NCBI GenBank assembly: GCA_036802895.1
Contig: DAIRVJ010000003.1
Span: 1 to 51,540, forward strand
Direction: 5' to 3'
Length of the DNA stretch: 51,540 bases
From: Candidatus Nanopelagicales bacterium
GTDB taxonomy: Bacteria > Actinomycetota > Actinomycetes > Prado026
Each line of letters opens with the position of its first letter. Positions within the stretch are counted from its first letter, which is position 1. The notes beneath the pieces were generated by a model that made no database searches, was not told the origin of the DNA, and saw nothing but the letters and a program-made list of their open reading frames with translations. A program made the translations under genes and the position numbers. Positions 30,573 to 41,867 of the stretch are shown here, piece after piece.

Positions 30573-31271
30573 TCAGATGCGCACGCCGTGGTCGAGCAGC
30601 CAGGCCCGCGGGTCGGTGAACGTCACCCCGTCGGGGAGCACCTCGAGGTGCAGGTGGGCACCCGTGGTGTTGCCGGAGGAGCCCACCCGGCCCAGCACCT
30701 GTCCGGCGGCCAGCCGGTCCCCGACCTCGACCGCGATCTGGGACAGGTGGCTGTAGGTGGTGTACGTGCCGTCGGCGTGCCGCACCGACACCCGGCGTCC
30801 GTAGGCGCCCTTGGTGGCGGCGAAGACGACCCTGCCGGCGGCCACCGCGCGGACCGGGGTCCCCCAGCTGCACGCGAAGTCCTGCCCCGTGTGCCGCTTG
30901 GTCCACAGCCCCCCGGCCTCGTCGTAGCCGGCAGTCAGCCGGTACCGACCGAGCACGGGAGCCACGACGACCGACAGCCGTGGGCGGGCCGACGCAGCCG
31001 AGGCCGGGGCCAGCGCCTGCAGCCGGGCCGCCCCGCGGGACGGCCGCTCGAACCTTTGGGCCCGCCGGGCGTCGGCAGCGGCGAGCTGGACGGCGATCGG
31101 GTCCCCGCCCAGCGCGACGGACCGGGGGGCGCGCACCGATGTGGGCACCGTGGGGCTGGCTTCGCCGGCTCGGCCCACCCCGGCGGGGACGACCGCGGCG
31201 AGGGCCAGCGCGACCGGTCCGACCGCCAGCACCCGACGGTGGACGGCGGCCGAGGGCATGGCGGGCAGCAT
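30573..31271 (-). CDS. Secreted M23-family metallopeptidase
   Basis: HTGQDF and GNTTGAHLHLEV (HxH) motifs, with an N-terminal signal-like region. The position after pcrA matches mycobacterial Rv0950c-type synteny. Confidence 0.87.
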   Translation of the reverse strand: MLPAMPSAAVHRRVLAVGPVALALAAVVPAGVGRAGEASPTVPTSVRAPRSVALGGDPIAVQLAAADARRAQRFERPSRGAARLQALAPASAASARPRLSVVVAPVLGRYRLTAGYDEAGGLWTKRHTGQDFACSWGTPVRAVAAGRVVFAATKGAYGRRVSVRHADGTYTTYSHLSQIAVEVGDRLAAGQVLGRVGSSGNTTGAHLHLEVLPDGVTFTDPRAWLLDHGVRI

Positions 31272-31313
31272 GCCGCAGGCCCCGGCCGGGGGACAACTCG
31301 ACGGATCGCCTCG

Positions 31314-32264
31314 TCAGCCCGACGCCCGGTCGGTCCGCCGTCGCCGGAACGGCCTGCTCCGGTCGCGCCGTGCCGCCGCGGGCGTCGTGCTGGTGATCGG
31401 CGTGACCCCTGCGGTGAGCGTCGATCCGTCGTGGTCGAGGTGGGCCAGCGTGGCGCAGATCTCGTGCACGACCTGACCGTGGATCGGCAGGGAGAGGTGG
31501 CCCACGCCCCGGACGAACACGTTGCGGGCCATCAGGTCCGGATGCTCCAGCCGGGCCGATCGCTTGGGGATGACCATCTGGTCCAGATCGGACCAGAACG
31601 ACACGAACCGGGTGCGGCAGCCGGGGGCGGGCAGGGCCAGCTCGGTGATGATGTCGCTGCCCGGTCGAAGCTGCCGGGCGACCGGGTGGGGCACCAGCCG
31701 CGCCGGGAACGTCCCCCCGTGCGGCGCCCCGAGCGCGACGAGGGTATGGATCCGCTCGTCCCCACCCATCCGCTGGACGTAGTAGCGGGCCACCAGGCCG
31801 CCCATCGAGTGCCCGATGACGTGGACCCGCTCGTAGCCGGTGTCCGCGCAGATCGCCTCGACGACCTCGGCCAGCCGCTGGGCCACCTCGCGGACGTCCT
31901 CGGAGAGCGGGCTGTAGTTGAGCGCGGTGACCCGGCCGAACCCGCGGCGCCGCAGGCCGCGCCGCAGCAGGGTGAAGATCGAGCGGTTGTCCGTGACGCC
32001 GTGCACGAGCAGGATCGGGGTGCCCGCGGCCTCCACGTCGCCGATGACCAGGCCGCGCTGCACCGGCGGTAGGCCGTGCAGGGTGAACCGGTCGACCTCC
32101 TCGCGGGCCTTCTCCTCGGCCACGCCGAGGGGGTACATCGCCAGGTGGGCGGCGATCCACGACAGCTCGACGGCGGTGCCGCGCAGGCCGCGGGCGGACA
32201 GCACGGTCCGCGCCCCAGCCGACGCGGTGCGGCGGGCCCGCGCCAGGCCGCCCGGAGCCGTCAT
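31314..32264 (-). CDS. Alpha/beta hydrolase (lipase/esterase-like)
   Basis: Start MTAPGG at 32264. Nucleophile elbow VIGHSMGG, with LLVHGV upstream. Confidence 0.78.
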   Translation of the reverse strand: MTAPGGLARARRTASAGARTVLSARGLRGTAVELSWIAAHLAMYPLGVAEEKAREEVDRFTLHGLPPVQRGLVIGDVEAAGTPILLVHGVTDNRSIFTLLRRGLRRRGFGRVTALNYSPLSEDVREVAQRLAEVVEAICADTGYERVHVIGHSMGGLVARYYVQRMGGDERIHTLVALGAPHGGTFPARLVPHPVARQLRPGSDIITELALPAPGCRTRFVSFWSDLDQMVIPKRSARLEHPDLMARNVFVRGVGHLSLPIHGQVVHEICATLAHLDHDGSTLTAGVTPITSTTPAAARRDRSRPFRRRRTDRASG

Positions 32265-32409
32265 GCGTCCCTCCCTGCACCGCGAGCGTCGACGCCACAC
32301 GGTAGCCGCACGCCGCAGTCCGCGGCCCAGGGACACGAGCCCTTCACCCGTTCGTTAGGCTCGGCACCAGCCGGGAGGACCGGCGCTCCAGCAGCTCGGG
32401 AGGTGCGCC

Positions 32410-32832
32410 GTGGCCGAGCCCACCGTGCGGCCCACGTTGCGTGTCGTGGTGGCCAAGCCAGGTCTGGACGGGCACGACCGGGGCGCCAAGGTGGTCGCCC
32501 GGGCCCTGCGGGACGCCGGCATCGAGGTGGTCTACACCGGTCTGCACCAGACCCCGGAGCAGATCGTCGAGACCGCGATCCAGGAGGACGCCGACGCCGT
32601 CGGCCTGTCCGTGCTCTCCGGGGCGCACATGACGCTGTTCACCCGGGTCGTCGAGCTGCTGCGCGCGAAGGAGGCGACCGACATCGTCGTCTTCGGCGGG
32701 GGCATCATCCCCGACGACGACATCCCCGAGCTGGAGGCGCTGGGCGTCGCCCGGGTGTTCACCCCCGGCACGACCACCCACGAGATCGTCGACTGGGTCA
32801 AGGCCAACGTGGGGCAGCCGACCACGGCCTGA
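32410..32832 (+). CDS. Stand-alone cobalamin-binding domain protein (acyl-CoA mutase small subunit, IcmB/MCM C-terminal-domain-like)
   Basis: 140 aa, with a GTG start and a [32 protein letters not shown] contains the DxHxxG motif (nt 32467-32484), and SGAHMTL...VFGGGIIP is also present. Confidence 0.86.
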   Translation: MAEPTVRPTLRVVVAKPGLDGHDRGAKVVARALRDAGIEVVYTGLHQTPEQIVETAIQEDADAVGLSVLSGAHMTLFTRVVELLRAKEATDIVVFGGGIIPDDDIPELEALGVARVFTPGTTTHEIVDWVKANVGQPTTA

Positions 32833-32930
32833 CCCCGCCCGATCGCACCCGGCGTCGGTGGTGCTCGATCCGGCGTCTACGCTGCGGCCAGGATCAAGGC
32901 CCAGCAGCCCCGCGACGGCACGGAGGACGT

Positions 32931-34109
32931 GTGGACCTCTACGAGTACCAGGCCAAGCACCTGTTCGGGAAGCACGGGGTGCCCGTCACGTCCGGTGAGG
33001 TGTGCACCACCCCGGACGCCGCCCGGATGGCCGCCCAGAAGATCGGCCGCACCGTCGTGGTCAAGGCCCAGGTCAAGACCGGTGGCCGCGGCAAGGCGGG
33101 CGGCGTGAAGCTGGCCACCGACCCGGACGACGCCTACCAGAAGGCCGCCGGCATCCTCGGCCTGGACATCAAGGGTCACGTGGTCCGCAAGGTGCTGGTG
33201 AGCGAGGCGTCGGACATCGCGACCGAGTACTACGTGTCGTTCCTGCTGGACCGTGCGAACCGATCCTTCCTGGCCATGGCCAGCGTCGAGGGCGGTGTGG
33301 AGATCGAGGAGGTCGCCACCACCAAGCCGGAGGCCCTGGCGATGGTGCGGGTCGACGCCCTCGAGGGGGTGACCCCGGTCAAGGCCGCCGAGATCGTGCT
33401 GGCCGCCGGGTTCCCGACCGAGGTGCGCGACCAGGTCGCCCGCATCCTCGTCCAGCTCTGGCACGTCCTGGTCGAGGAGGACGCGACCCTCGTCGAGGTG
33501 AACCCGCTGGCCGTGACGCCGACGGGCGAGGTGCTCGCGCTCGACGGCAAGGTGACGATCGACGACAACGCGTTCTACCGGCACGCCCACCACGCGGACC
33601 TGGTCGACCGGACCCAGACCGACCCGATCGAGCTGAGGGCCAAGGAGTTCGACCTCAACTACGTCAAGCTGCAGGGCGAGGTCGGGGTCATCGGCAACGG
33701 CGCCGGGCTGGTCATGTCCACGCTCGACGTCGTCGCCTACGCGGGCGAGGAGTTCGGCGGCATCAGGCCGGCCAACTTCCTCGACATCGGGGGCGGGGCC
33801 AGCGCCCAGGTGATGGCCAACGGGCTGGACATCGTGCTCAACGACCCCGACGTCCGTGCGGTGTTCGTCAACGTGTTCGGGGGGATCACCGCCTGCGACG
33901 CGGTGGCCAACGGCATCGTGCAGGCCCTGGAGCTGCTCGAACAGCGCGGCAAGCGGGTGACCAAGCCGATCGTCTGCCGGATCGACGGCAACAACGCCGC
34001 GGAGGGCCGCCGCATCCTCGACGAGGCGGAGCACGACGTGATCGAGCTGGTCGAGACCATGGACGAAGCGGCCCGTCGGGTCGCCGAGCTGGCCGCGGCC
34101 GCGGGCTGA
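32931..34109 (+). CDS. sucC: Succinyl-CoA ligase beta subunit
   Basis: A GTG at 32931 follows a [28 protein letters not shown]...[15 protein letters not shown]. Confidence 0.95.
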   Translation: MDLYEYQAKHLFGKHGVPVTSGEVCTTPDAARMAAQKIGRTVVVKAQVKTGGRGKAGGVKLATDPDDAYQKAAGILGLDIKGHVVRKVLVSEASDIATEYYVSFLLDRANRSFLAMASVEGGVEIEEVATTKPEALAMVRVDALEGVTPVKAAEIVLAAGFPTEVRDQVARILVQLWHVLVEEDATLVEVNPLAVTPTGEVLALDGKVTIDDNAFYRHAHHADLVDRTQTDPIELRAKEFDLNYVKLQGEVGVIGNGAGLVMSTLDVVAYAGEEFGGIRPANFLDIGGGASAQVMANGLDIVLNDPDVRAVFVNVFGGITACDAVANGIVQALELLEQRGKRVTKPIVCRIDGNNAAEGRRILDEAEHDVIELVETMDEAARRVAELAAAAG

Positions 34110-34118
34110 GGGGGCGAC

Positions 34119-34991
34119 ATGGCGATCTTCCTGTCCGACACCAGCCGGGTCCTGGTGCAGGGCATGACCGGCTCGGAGGGCACCAAGCACACCCGACGGA
34201 TGGTCGCGAGCGGCACCGCCGTGGTGGCCGGTGTCACGCCCGGCAAGGGCGGCCAGACCCTCGACGGCATCCCGGTGTTCGACACGGTGGCGGACGCGGT
34301 CAAGCAGACCGGCGCCGACGTCTCGGTCGTGTTCGTCCCGCCCCGGTTCGCCAAGGCGGCCGTCGAGGAGACCGTCGACGCCGGGGTTCCGCTGTGCGTG
34401 GTGATCACCGAGGGCATCCCCGTGCACGACACCGCCGGGTTCTACCAGTACGCGGCCAACGTCGCGACCACCCGGATCGTGGGCCCGAACTGCCCAGGCG
34501 TCATCAGCCCCGGCAAGTCCAACGCGGGGATCATCCCCGGGGACATCACCACCGCCGGCCGGGTCGGTCTGGTGAGCAAGAGCGGGACGCTCACCTACCA
34601 GATGATGTACGAGCTGCGGGACGTCGGCTTCTCGACCTGCGTGGGCATCGGCGGCGATCCGATCATCGGGACGACGCACATCGACTGCCTCGCGGCCTTC
34701 CAGGACGACCCCGACACCGACGCCATCGTGATGATCGGCGAGATCGGTGGCGACGCGGAGGAGCGGGCGGCGGCGTTCATCGCCCAGCACGTCACCAAGC
34801 CAGTCGTCGGCTACGTCGCGGGCTTCACCGCGCCGGAGGGCAAGACGATGGGGCACGCCGGTGCCATCGTCTCCGGGTCGTCCGGTACCGCCCAGGCCAA
34901 GCAGGAGGCGCTCGAGGCGGTCGGGGTCCGGGTGGGCAGGACTCCCTCGGAGACCGCCCGGCTGATGCGCCAGATCGTCCGCGGCGGCTGA
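34119..34991 (+). CDS. sucD: Succinyl-CoA ligase alpha subunit
   Basis: [21 protein letters not shown] and the phospho-His loop MGHAGAIV. Confidence 0.96.
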   Translation: MAIFLSDTSRVLVQGMTGSEGTKHTRRMVASGTAVVAGVTPGKGGQTLDGIPVFDTVADAVKQTGADVSVVFVPPRFAKAAVEETVDAGVPLCVVITEGIPVHDTAGFYQYAANVATTRIVGPNCPGVISPGKSNAGIIPGDITTAGRVGLVSKSGTLTYQMMYELRDVGFSTCVGIGGDPIIGTTHIDCLAAFQDDPDTDAIVMIGEIGGDAEERAAAFIAQHVTKPVVGYVAGFTAPEGKTMGHAGAIVSGSSGTAQAKQEALEAVGVRVGRTPSETARLMRQIVRGG

Positions 34992-35054
34992 CCGGCCGCG
35001 GCGGCTGCGGCGCGGCGCCGCCGGTCCGCGTGTCCGGTTTGCCAGGATCGGCGG

Positions 35055-36302
35055 GTGACCGTCACCGCGGAGCGCCGGGCGATCGCCGCGCCGGCCGAGC
35101 CCGCGCGGTCGCCCCTGGCCTCGGGGGCTGCGGCCGCGCTCTGGGCCGCGCTGCTCGGGCTGGCCGTCGTCGCTGTTCCGGTCGTGCTGGTCTGGGTCAC
35201 CGCACCGCACGACCAGTCCGGTCCCGGCGACGCGCTGCGCGGCGGCGTCCTCGCCTGGCTGCTGGCCCACCACGCCACGCTGCGCACGACCAGCGGCCCG
35301 CTCGGGCTGGTGCCGCTCGGTCTGCTCGCGGTGCCGGCCGTGCTCCTGTACCGCTCCGGACGCTGGGCCGGCCGGGTCGCCGGCTCCGACGGCACCTCCT
35401 CGGCCGTGGCCACGGCGTTGGCCCTGGTCGCGACGTACGCCACCGTCCTGTCGCTCGTGGCGTCGGTGTCCGCCGACCCCGCGACCGGGGTGGCCGGGGG
35501 CAGCGCGCTCGCCGGCGCGGTGGGCTGCGCCGCAACCGCCGGCGTGGCGGGCGTGCTCCGCGGTTCGGGGCGCTGGTCGGCCCTGGTCGGCCGGGTCCCG
35601 GCTGATCTGCGGCTCGTCGCCCGGGCCGGGCTGGCCGGGGCGGCCGCCCTGGTCGCCGGGGCCGCCGTGGTGCTGGTGGCCGCGCTCGCCGCCAGCGGCG
35701 GCCGGATCGTCGGGCTCACCGAGGCGCTGGACGCCGGCCCGCTCGGCGGCCCGGCGCTGCTGGTGCTGCAGCTGCTCGCCCTTCCCTCGGCCGTGGTCTG
35801 GTCGGCCGCCTACGCGATCGGGCCCGGCTTCGCCGTGGGCGCGGGCACGGTCGTGGCCCCCTCGGGCGTCCTGCTGGGTGCGGTTCCCTCGTTCCCCCTG
35901 CTCGGGGTCCTGCCGGCGTCCGGGCCGGCGCCCCGACTCTCGCTGCTCGCTCTGCTCGTGCCGGTCGGCGCCGGGGTCGTCGTCGCCGCCGTGCTGGCCC
36001 GCCGGCACGAGCACGGCCTAGCCCGAGCCGTGGCGTCGGCCCTGGCTGCCGGCGCCGTCGTGGGGGCGGCGATCGGCCTGCTCGCCGCGTTGTCGGCCGG
36101 GTCGCTGGGCGACGGCCGGCTCGCGGTCCTGGGGCCGGACGCGCTGCGCGTCGGCCTGGTCGCGGCCGTCGAGGTGGGCGCGATCGCCTCCGTGGTCCTG
36201 GTCGAGGGACGACGGCAGGCCGACCGGCTGCACCGGCTGCGCTCGGCGGTGACCGGCCGATGGCCGGCGGGCCGGCTGCGGCCGCGACGGTCCGGTCGCT
36301 GA
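35055..36302 (+). CDS. Polytopic membrane protein, PerM-like (Rv0955-type) by position
   Basis: 415 aa with at least 8 hydrophobic segments. Its position between sucD and purN matches mycobacterial perM. I did not verify sequence-level identity. Confidence 0.65.
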   Translation: MTVTAERRAIAAPAEPARSPLASGAAAALWAALLGLAVVAVPVVLVWVTAPHDQSGPGDALRGGVLAWLLAHHATLRTTSGPLGLVPLGLLAVPAVLLYRSGRWAGRVAGSDGTSSAVATALALVATYATVLSLVASVSADPATGVAGGSALAGAVGCAATAGVAGVLRGSGRWSALVGRVPADLRLVARAGLAGAAALVAGAAVVLVAALAASGGRIVGLTEALDAGPLGGPALLVLQLLALPSAVVWSAAYAIGPGFAVGAGTVVAPSGVLLGAVPSFPLLGVLPASGPAPRLSLLALLVPVGAGVVVAAVLARRHEHGLARAVASALAAGAVVGAAIGLLAALSAGSLGDGRLAVLGPDALRVGLVAAVEVGAIASVVLVEGRRQADRLHRLRSAVTGRWPAGRLRPRRSGR

Positions 36303-36312
36303 GCCCGCCGGG

Positions 36313-36705
36313 CTACGGGCGCAGCCGGTCGAGGACCGCGTCACCCAAGGCGTCGTCGCAGGCCTGCTGGGCGATCCGGGTGGTCGCGCCCGCCCGGCAG
36401 TCGGTGTAGTCACGCACCTGGGGCCAGAGGACGACGACGACGGCGAGCACCAGCAGGGCGAGCCCGCTCCCGACGCCGCCGAGCGCCATCCCCGCCGCCG
36501 CCGTCGCCGGCGTCGGCCATCCGTTGGCCCGAGCCGCTCGCGCCACCCGCCGGCCGGCCAGCAGGGCGCCGATCCCGAGGGCCAGACCGAGCGGGAACAC
36601 CACCACCGCCAGCACGAGGGACACCGCCCCGGTGACCAGGACGACCCAGCCCGCGCGTTGCGCGGGGTTGGGCGGCGCCGCTCGGGGTGGGAAGGGCTGG
36701 GTCAT
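36313..36705 (-). CDS. Small membrane protein (DUF4190-like), unknown function
   Basis: Start MTQPFPP at 36705. Two TM segments and a C-terminal CxxxxxxxxxxC pair (DCRAGATTRIAQQAC). Confidence 0.55.
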   Translation of the reverse strand: MTQPFPPRAAPPNPAQRAGWVVLVTGAVSLVLAVVVFPLGLALGIGALLAGRRVARAARANGWPTPATAAAGMALGGVGSGLALLVLAVVVVLWPQVRDYTDCRAGATTRIAQQACDDALGDAVLDRLRP

Positions 36706-36769
36706 GAGTCGGCTTCCTCGAAGGCACCGCCGCGGGCGCGCGGCCGGATGGCGACTATCGTGCCGCACC

Positions 36770-37405
36770 GTGACGGCTCACCATCGACCCCCGGAGGGCC
36801 GGCCGGCCCGACTGGTCGTCCTGGTCTCGGGGACGGGGAGCAACCTGCAGGCCCTCCTCGACGCCTGCGCTGACCCCTCCTACGGAGCGGCCGTGGTCGC
36901 CGTGGGGGCCGACCGGCCGGGGATCCCCGCGCTGGGACGAGCCGACGCGGCTGGGGTCGCGACGTTCGTCGTCCCGGTCGGGGACTACCCCGACCGGCCG
37001 GCCTGGGACCGCGCGTTCACCGCCGCGGTGGCCGCGCACGACCCCGATCTGGTCGTGTCCGCGGGATTCATGCGGCTGGCCGGGCCGGCGTTCCTCGCCC
37101 GGTTCGGCGGCCGGTTCGTCAACACGCACCCGGCCTTGCTGCCGGCGTTCCCCGGGATGCACGGCGCCCGGGACGCCCTGGCCTACGGCGTGCGCCTGAC
37201 CGGGTGCACGCTGTTCGTCGTAGACGCCGGAGTCGACACCGGGCCGATCATCGCCCAGGCGGCGGTGCCGGTGCTGGACGACGACGACGAGGCGAGCCTG
37301 CACGAGCGCATCAAGGCCGTGGAACGGTCGATGCTCGTCGAGACCGTGGGCCGGATGGCCCGCACGGGGTGGTCCGTCAGCGGCAGAAGGGTGACGATCC
37401 CATGA
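36770..37405 (+). CDS. purN: Phosphoribosylglycinamide formyltransferase
   Basis: A GTG at 36770. [25 protein letters not shown] and [10 protein letters not shown]. Confidence 0.9.
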   Translation: MTAHHRPPEGRPARLVVLVSGTGSNLQALLDACADPSYGAAVVAVGADRPGIPALGRADAAGVATFVVPVGDYPDRPAWDRAFTAAVAAHDPDLVVSAGFMRLAGPAFLARFGGRFVNTHPALLPAFPGMHGARDALAYGVRLTGCTLFVVDAGVDTGPIIAQAAVPVLDDDDEASLHERIKAVERSMLVETVGRMARTGWSVSGRRVTIP

Positions 37406-38985
37406 GCGAGTCCGCCAACGCCGAGGGTCGCCGGCAGGTGCAGCGGGCCCTGGTCAGCGTCTACGACAAGGCCGGCCTGGTCGAGCTCGCCCAGGGGCTG
37501 CACCGGGCCGGCGTCGAGGTGGTATCCACCGGGTCGACCGCCGCCGTGATCGCCGACGCCGGCGTCCCGGTCACTCAGGTCGCCGACGTGACCGGGTTCC
37601 CGGAGTGCCTCGACGGCCGGGTCAAGACGCTGCATCCGGCCGTCCACGCGGGGATCCTCGCCGACCTGCGCCGGACCGACCACGTCGCGCAGCTGGCCGG
37701 TCTGGGCATCGCCCCCTTCGATCTCGTGGTGGTCAACCTCTACCCGTTCGCCGACACCGTGTTCTCCGGCGCCGGTGTCGAGGAGTGCGTCGAGCAGATC
37801 GACATCGGAGGGCCCGCGATGGTGCGGGCCGCCGCGAAGAACCATCCGTCGGTCGCCGTGGTGGTGGCGCCGGGCCGGTACCCGCAGGTGCTGGCCGCGC
37901 TGGACCGCGGCGGCTTCTCGCTGGCCGATCGGCAGGCGCTCGCCGCCGAGGCGTTCGCGCACACGGCGTCCTACGACGTCGCGGTGGCGTCGTGGATGGG
38001 CAGCGTCCTGGCGCCGGACGCCGAGGGCCACGGCTTCCCCCGGTGGGCCGGGGGGACGTGGGAGCGGGCCGCCGTGCTCCGGTACGGCGAGAACCCCCAC
38101 CAGCGGGCGGCGCTCTACGCGGCTCATCACACGGCACCCGGACTGGCGCAGGCCGATCAGCTGCACGGCAAGGAGATGTCCTACAACAACTACGTCGACG
38201 CGGACGCGGCGTGGCGGACCGCCTACGACTTCGCCGCCCCAGCAGTCTCGATCATCAAGCACGCCAACCCGTGCGGGATCGCCGTGGGTGCGGACGTGGC
38301 GGACGCCTACCGCAAGGCGTTCGCGTGCGACCCGGTGTCGGCCTTCGGCGGCGTGGTGGCTAGCAACCGCCCGGTCACGCGGGCCATGGCCGAGGCGATC
38401 GGCGACGTGTTCACCGAGGTCGTCGTGGCCCCCGACTTCGACGTCGATGCGCTCGCGGTGCTCCGGGCGAGGAAGAACGTCCGGCTGCTGCGCTGCGCCG
38501 GGCGACACCCGGGCGCGAGCATCGAGTCGCGACGGATCAGCGGAGGCCTGCTCATGCAGGTGGCCGACACGATCGACGAGGACGGCGACGACCCTGGGGG
38601 CTGGACCCTCGCCGTCGGCGAGCCGGTGGACGAGCGCACGCTCGGCGACCTGGAGTTCGCCTGGCGGGCCTGCCGAGCGGTGAAGTCCAACGCGATCGTG
38701 CTCGCCGACGACGGGGCCACCGTGGGGGTGGGCATGGGCCAGGTCAACCGGGTCGACGCCGCACGGCTGGCCGTCCAGCGGGCCGGGGCGGAGCGCGCGT
38801 CCGGGGCGGTGGCGGCGTCCGACGCGTTCTTCCCGTTCCCGGACGGGCTCGAGGTGCTGACAGCGGCCGGTGTGCGCGCCGTCGTCCAGCCGGGTGGGTC
38901 GGTGCGCGACGCGGAGGTCGTCGACGCGGCAGGCGCGGCGGGGGTCACGATGTACCTCACCGGCGTCCGGCACTTCTTCCACTGA
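37402..38985 (+). CDS. purH: Bifunctional AICAR formyltransferase / IMP cyclohydrolase
   Basis: The ATG at 37402 overlaps the purN stop (ATGA). [30 protein letters not shown] and the C-terminal TGVRHFFH. Confidence 0.96.
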   Translation: MSESANAEGRRQVQRALVSVYDKAGLVELAQGLHRAGVEVVSTGSTAAVIADAGVPVTQVADVTGFPECLDGRVKTLHPAVHAGILADLRRTDHVAQLAGLGIAPFDLVVVNLYPFADTVFSGAGVEECVEQIDIGGPAMVRAAAKNHPSVAVVVAPGRYPQVLAALDRGGFSLADRQALAAEAFAHTASYDVAVASWMGSVLAPDAEGHGFPRWAGGTWERAAVLRYGENPHQRAALYAAHHTAPGLAQADQLHGKEMSYNNYVDADAAWRTAYDFAAPAVSIIKHANPCGIAVGADVADAYRKAFACDPVSAFGGVVASNRPVTRAMAEAIGDVFTEVVVAPDFDVDALAVLRARKNVRLLRCAGRHPGASIESRRISGGLLMQVADTIDEDGDDPGGWTLAVGEPVDERTLGDLEFAWRACRAVKSNAIVLADDGATVGVGMGQVNRVDAARLAVQRAGAERASGAVAASDAFFPFPDGLEVLTAAGVRAVVQPGGSVRDAEVVDAAGAAGVTMYLTGVRHFFH

Positions 38986-39496
38986 GTGAGAACCCCGCGC
39001 CCAGACCGCCGGAACCGGTGGTGAAGTCGTCGCGGCGGTCCCGGGTCACGCAGTGCCGGTCGACCAGCCGACCGCTGTGGTGGACGAACCACCCGCAGAC
39101 GCGCACGCTGGTCACCGATTCGTCGTCGGACCACCTGCCGATCGACAAGGTCGGTGGGAAGTCGATCCCAGGGGCACACGACCCCACGGACTCGCCATAA
39201 CCGGCCCCGATGAAATACACGGAGTACCAGGCGCAACCCCCCGACCTCGGCCACCGGACGAACATCCGACCCGTGACGTGCACCCAATGGTGATCCACTC
39301 CGTCACCCCATCGCACGGTGGCCGAACCGAGTGGATGGTGGTTGGCGTAGGGCAGCTGGCCGATGTCGACCCGCGACCCGTCGATGATGAACCCGTCGGT
39401 GTCGACGACCTCTGCATGGGCCGGCGGGATCCCGGCAGCCAGGACCAGGCCCAGGGCACAGCCCACGGCGGCGATGGCTCGTGGCAGCGTCCTCAT
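38957..39496 (-). CDS. Secreted Cys/His-rich protein of unknown function
   Basis: Signal peptide [28 protein letters not shown]. The mature part has 4 Cys (a fifth lies in the signal peptide) and several HH pairs. The 3' end overlaps purH by 29 nt. GC looks visibly lower than in the neighbouring genes. Confidence 0.58.
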   Translation of the reverse strand: MRTLPRAIAAVGCALGLVLAAGIPPAHAEVVDTDGFIIDGSRVDIGQLPYANHHPLGSATVRWGDGVDHHWVHVTGRMFVRWPRSGGCAWYSVYFIGAGYGESVGSCAPGIDFPPTLSIGRWSDDESVTSVRVCGWFVHHSGRLVDRHCVTRDRRDDFTTGSGGLGAGFSLSGRSAGRR

Positions 39497-39621
39497 GCTG
39501 CAGCTCCCTCTCTCGCCGACCTCAACGGGTGGGAGGGAACAGCAAGCGGTGCTGATACCTGGTGCCGTCCACGTTTCACCTCCCTCGCCTGGTCGGCTGA
39601 ACCGGCCCGTAGGATCCGGGC

Positions 39622-40479
39622 GTGAGCGCGGTGATCCTGGACGGCAAGGCCACGGCGGCCGCGGTCAAGGCCGAGCTGGCGGTCCGGGTCACGGCCTTGC
39701 GCGACCGTGGGGTCGTCCCCGGCCTGGGCACCGTGCTCGTCGGGGACGATCCGGGCAGTCGCGCCTACGTGGCCGGCAAGCACCGGGACTGCGCCGAGAT
39801 CGGCCTGGCCAGCATCCGCCGCGACCTGCCCGCCGACGCGACCCAGGCTCAGGTGGAGGCCGTCGTGGCCGAGCTGAACGCCGACCCCGGCTGCACCGGC
39901 TACATCGTCCAGCTACCCCTCCCGCGGGGGCTGGACGGCAACCGGGTGCTCGAGCTCATGAACCCCGTCAAGGACGCCGACGGCCTGCATCCGGTCAACC
40001 TCGGCCGGCTGGTGCTGGGCGTCCCGGCGCCGCTCCCGTGCACGCCGCGGGGCATCGTCGAGCTGCTGCGGCGGTACGGGGTGCCGCTCGCGGGCGCGGA
40101 GGTGTGCGTGATCGGCCGGGGCATCACGGTGGGCCGCCCACTGGCCCTGCTGCTCACCCGCAAGAGCGAGAACGCGACGGTCACCCAGTGCCACACCGGC
40201 ACCGTCCACCTGGCCAAGCACGTGCGGGAGGCCGACATCGTCGTCGCGGCAGCCGGCGTGCCGCACCTCGTGACACCCGACATGGTCAAGCCGGGGGCGG
40301 CGGTCCTCGACGTGGGGATCACCCGGACCGACGACGGCTTGGTCGGCGACGTGCACCCTGCGGTTCGTGAGGTCGCGGCGTTCGTCGCGCCGATGCCCGG
40401 CGGGGTCGGACCGATGACCCGGGCCATGCTGATGACCAACGTGGTGGAGGCAGCAGAGCGCGCGGTCGGCACGGAGTGA
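39622..40479 (+). CDS. folD: Bifunctional methylene-THF dehydrogenase / methenyl-THF cyclohydrolase
   Basis: [38 protein letters not shown] and [15 protein letters not shown] hexamer lies 6 nt upstream of the GTG start. Confidence 0.95.
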   Translation: MSAVILDGKATAAAVKAELAVRVTALRDRGVVPGLGTVLVGDDPGSRAYVAGKHRDCAEIGLASIRRDLPADATQAQVEAVVAELNADPGCTGYIVQLPLPRGLDGNRVLELMNPVKDADGLHPVNLGRLVLGVPAPLPCTPRGIVELLRRYGVPLAGAEVCVIGRGITVGRPLALLLTRKSENATVTQCHTGTVHLAKHVREADIVVAAAGVPHLVTPDMVKPGAAVLDVGITRTDDGLVGDVHPAVREVAAFVAPMPGGVGPMTRAMLMTNVVEAAERAVGTE

Positions 40480-40790
40480 CCGACGACGCCCCCGCGGGCG
40501 GGGCTGCGGCCCGCAGCCACCGGGCCGCCCTGCTGCGCGAGTGGCCGGCCCTGGTCGTCGGGGCAGGGGTGGCCGTGGGCCTCGCGGCGGAGCTGGTGGG
40601 CCCCGGTTTCCGTACCGGGGCGCTGGTCATCGCCGCCTCGGTGGTGCTCGCCGCCTGGCTGCGGGCGCTGCTCCCGAGCGACGCAGCCGGGGTCCTCGCG
40701 GTACGCCGGCGGGCGGTCGACGTCATCACGCTGGCCGTGCTGGGCCTGGGTCTGACGGCGCTCGCGCTGCTCGTCCCCCCGGGCGGCTGA
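40476..40790 (+). CDS. DUF3017-like small membrane protein
   Basis: A GTG at 40476 overlaps the folD stop (GTGA). Three hydrophobic segments. The position after folD is conserved in actinobacteria. Confidence 0.68.
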   Translation: MTDDAPAGGAAARSHRAALLREWPALVVGAGVAVGLAAELVGPGFRTGALVIAASVVLAAWLRALLPSDAAGVLAVRRRAVDVITLAVLGLGLTALALLVPPGG

Positions 40791-40875
40791 GCGGTGTCGC
40801 GGTCCGCTAGCCTCGGGTCGCGGTGACGGGGCCTCGACACCGAGCGGGCGAGTGTGGATCCGGGAGAGGAACTCA

Positions 40876-41835
40876 ATGGCCGAGCGCACGGGCAAGGTGA
40901 CGGTCGTCGGAGCCGGCTTCTACGGCTCCACCACGGCGCAGCGGCTGGCCGAGTACGACGTCTTCGACACCGTCGTGCTCACCGACATCGTCGAGGGCAA
41001 GCCCGAGGGACTCGCGCTCGACCTCAACCAGTCCCGGCCCATCGAGGGCTTCGAGACCAGGGTCGTCGGGCAGACGACGACCGCGGAGGGCGGCGGCTAC
41101 GAGGCCACGGCCGGCTCGGACATCGTGGTGATCACCGCGGGCCTGCCGCGCAAGCCGGGCATGAGCCGGATGGACCTCATCGAGACCAACGCCCGGATCG
41201 TGCGCAGCGTGGCCGAGAACGTCGCGGTCCACTCACCGGACGCGGTGGTCGTCGTGGTCTCCAACCCGCTGGACGAGATGACGGCGCTGACCCAGCTGGC
41301 CACGGGGTTCCCGCACCAGCGCGTCCTCGGCCAGGCCGGCATGCTGGACACCGCGCGGTTCACCCACTTCGTCGCCGAGACCCTCGCGGTGCCGGTGTCC
41401 TCGGTCAGCACCCTGACCCTCGGGTCGCACGGCGACACGATGGTCCCGGTGCCCTCGCGCTGCACGGTGGCCGGTCGGCCCCTGACCGACCTGCTGTCGG
41501 CCGAGCGGATCGACGAGCTGGTCACCCGCACCCGCAACGGCGGGGCCGAGGTCGTGGCCCTGCTCAAGACCGGGTCGGCCTACTACGCGCCGTCCGCGGC
41601 GGCGGCCCGGATGGCCAAGGCGGTGCACGACGACGCCGGCGCGGTCATGCCGGTGTGCGCGTGGGTCGACGGCGAGTTCGGCATCTCCGGGGTGTACCTG
41701 GGCGTCGAGGCCGAGATCGGCCGCGAGGGCGTGCGACGGGTCGTCGAGACCGGGCTCACCGACTCCGAGCGGGCGGGGCTGCTCGAGGCCGCCGAGGCGG
41801 TCCGGGCCAAGCAGGCCGACGTCCAGCACCTCTGA
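40876..41835 (+). CDS. mdh: Malate dehydrogenase (LDH-like family)
   Basis: An ATG at 40876 follows a [43 protein letters not shown] and [10 protein letters not shown]. Confidence 0.92.
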   Translation: MAERTGKVTVVGAGFYGSTTAQRLAEYDVFDTVVLTDIVEGKPEGLALDLNQSRPIEGFETRVVGQTTTAEGGGYEATAGSDIVVITAGLPRKPGMSRMDLIETNARIVRSVAENVAVHSPDAVVVVVSNPLDEMTALTQLATGFPHQRVLGQAGMLDTARFTHFVAETLAVPVSSVSTLTLGSHGDTMVPVPSRCTVAGRPLTDLLSAERIDELVTRTRNGGAEVVALLKTGSAYYAPSAAAARMAKAVHDDAGAVMPVCAWVDGEFGISGVYLGVEAEIGREGVRRVVETGLTDSERAGLLEAAEAVRAKQADVQHL

Positions 41836-41867
41836 CCCTGTCGGACGGCGAGAGGAAAGCCGGTTCC

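Noticed and set aside
32265-32409. Cobalamin riboswitch upstream of the B12-binding-domain gene
   Set aside because: The region is only 145 nt and is shared with a divergent promoter. I could not find a B12-box-like sequence, and the region is far shorter than known cobalamin riboswitches.
32877-36014. 1045-aa minus-strand ORF, and the 867-aa plus-strand ORF at 33002-35605
   Set aside because: Both overlap sucC, sucD and the PerM-like gene, antisense or out of frame. Their Arg/Gly/Pro-rich low-complexity translations are artefacts.
39497-39621. ZTP (pfl) riboswitch upstream of folD, and upstream of purN at 36706-36769
   Set aside because: I looked for the conserved GACUGGCG and CCGCCUGGGC elements. 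Only a loose CGCCTGGTCGGC is present, the 5' subdomain is absent, and the purN region is too short.
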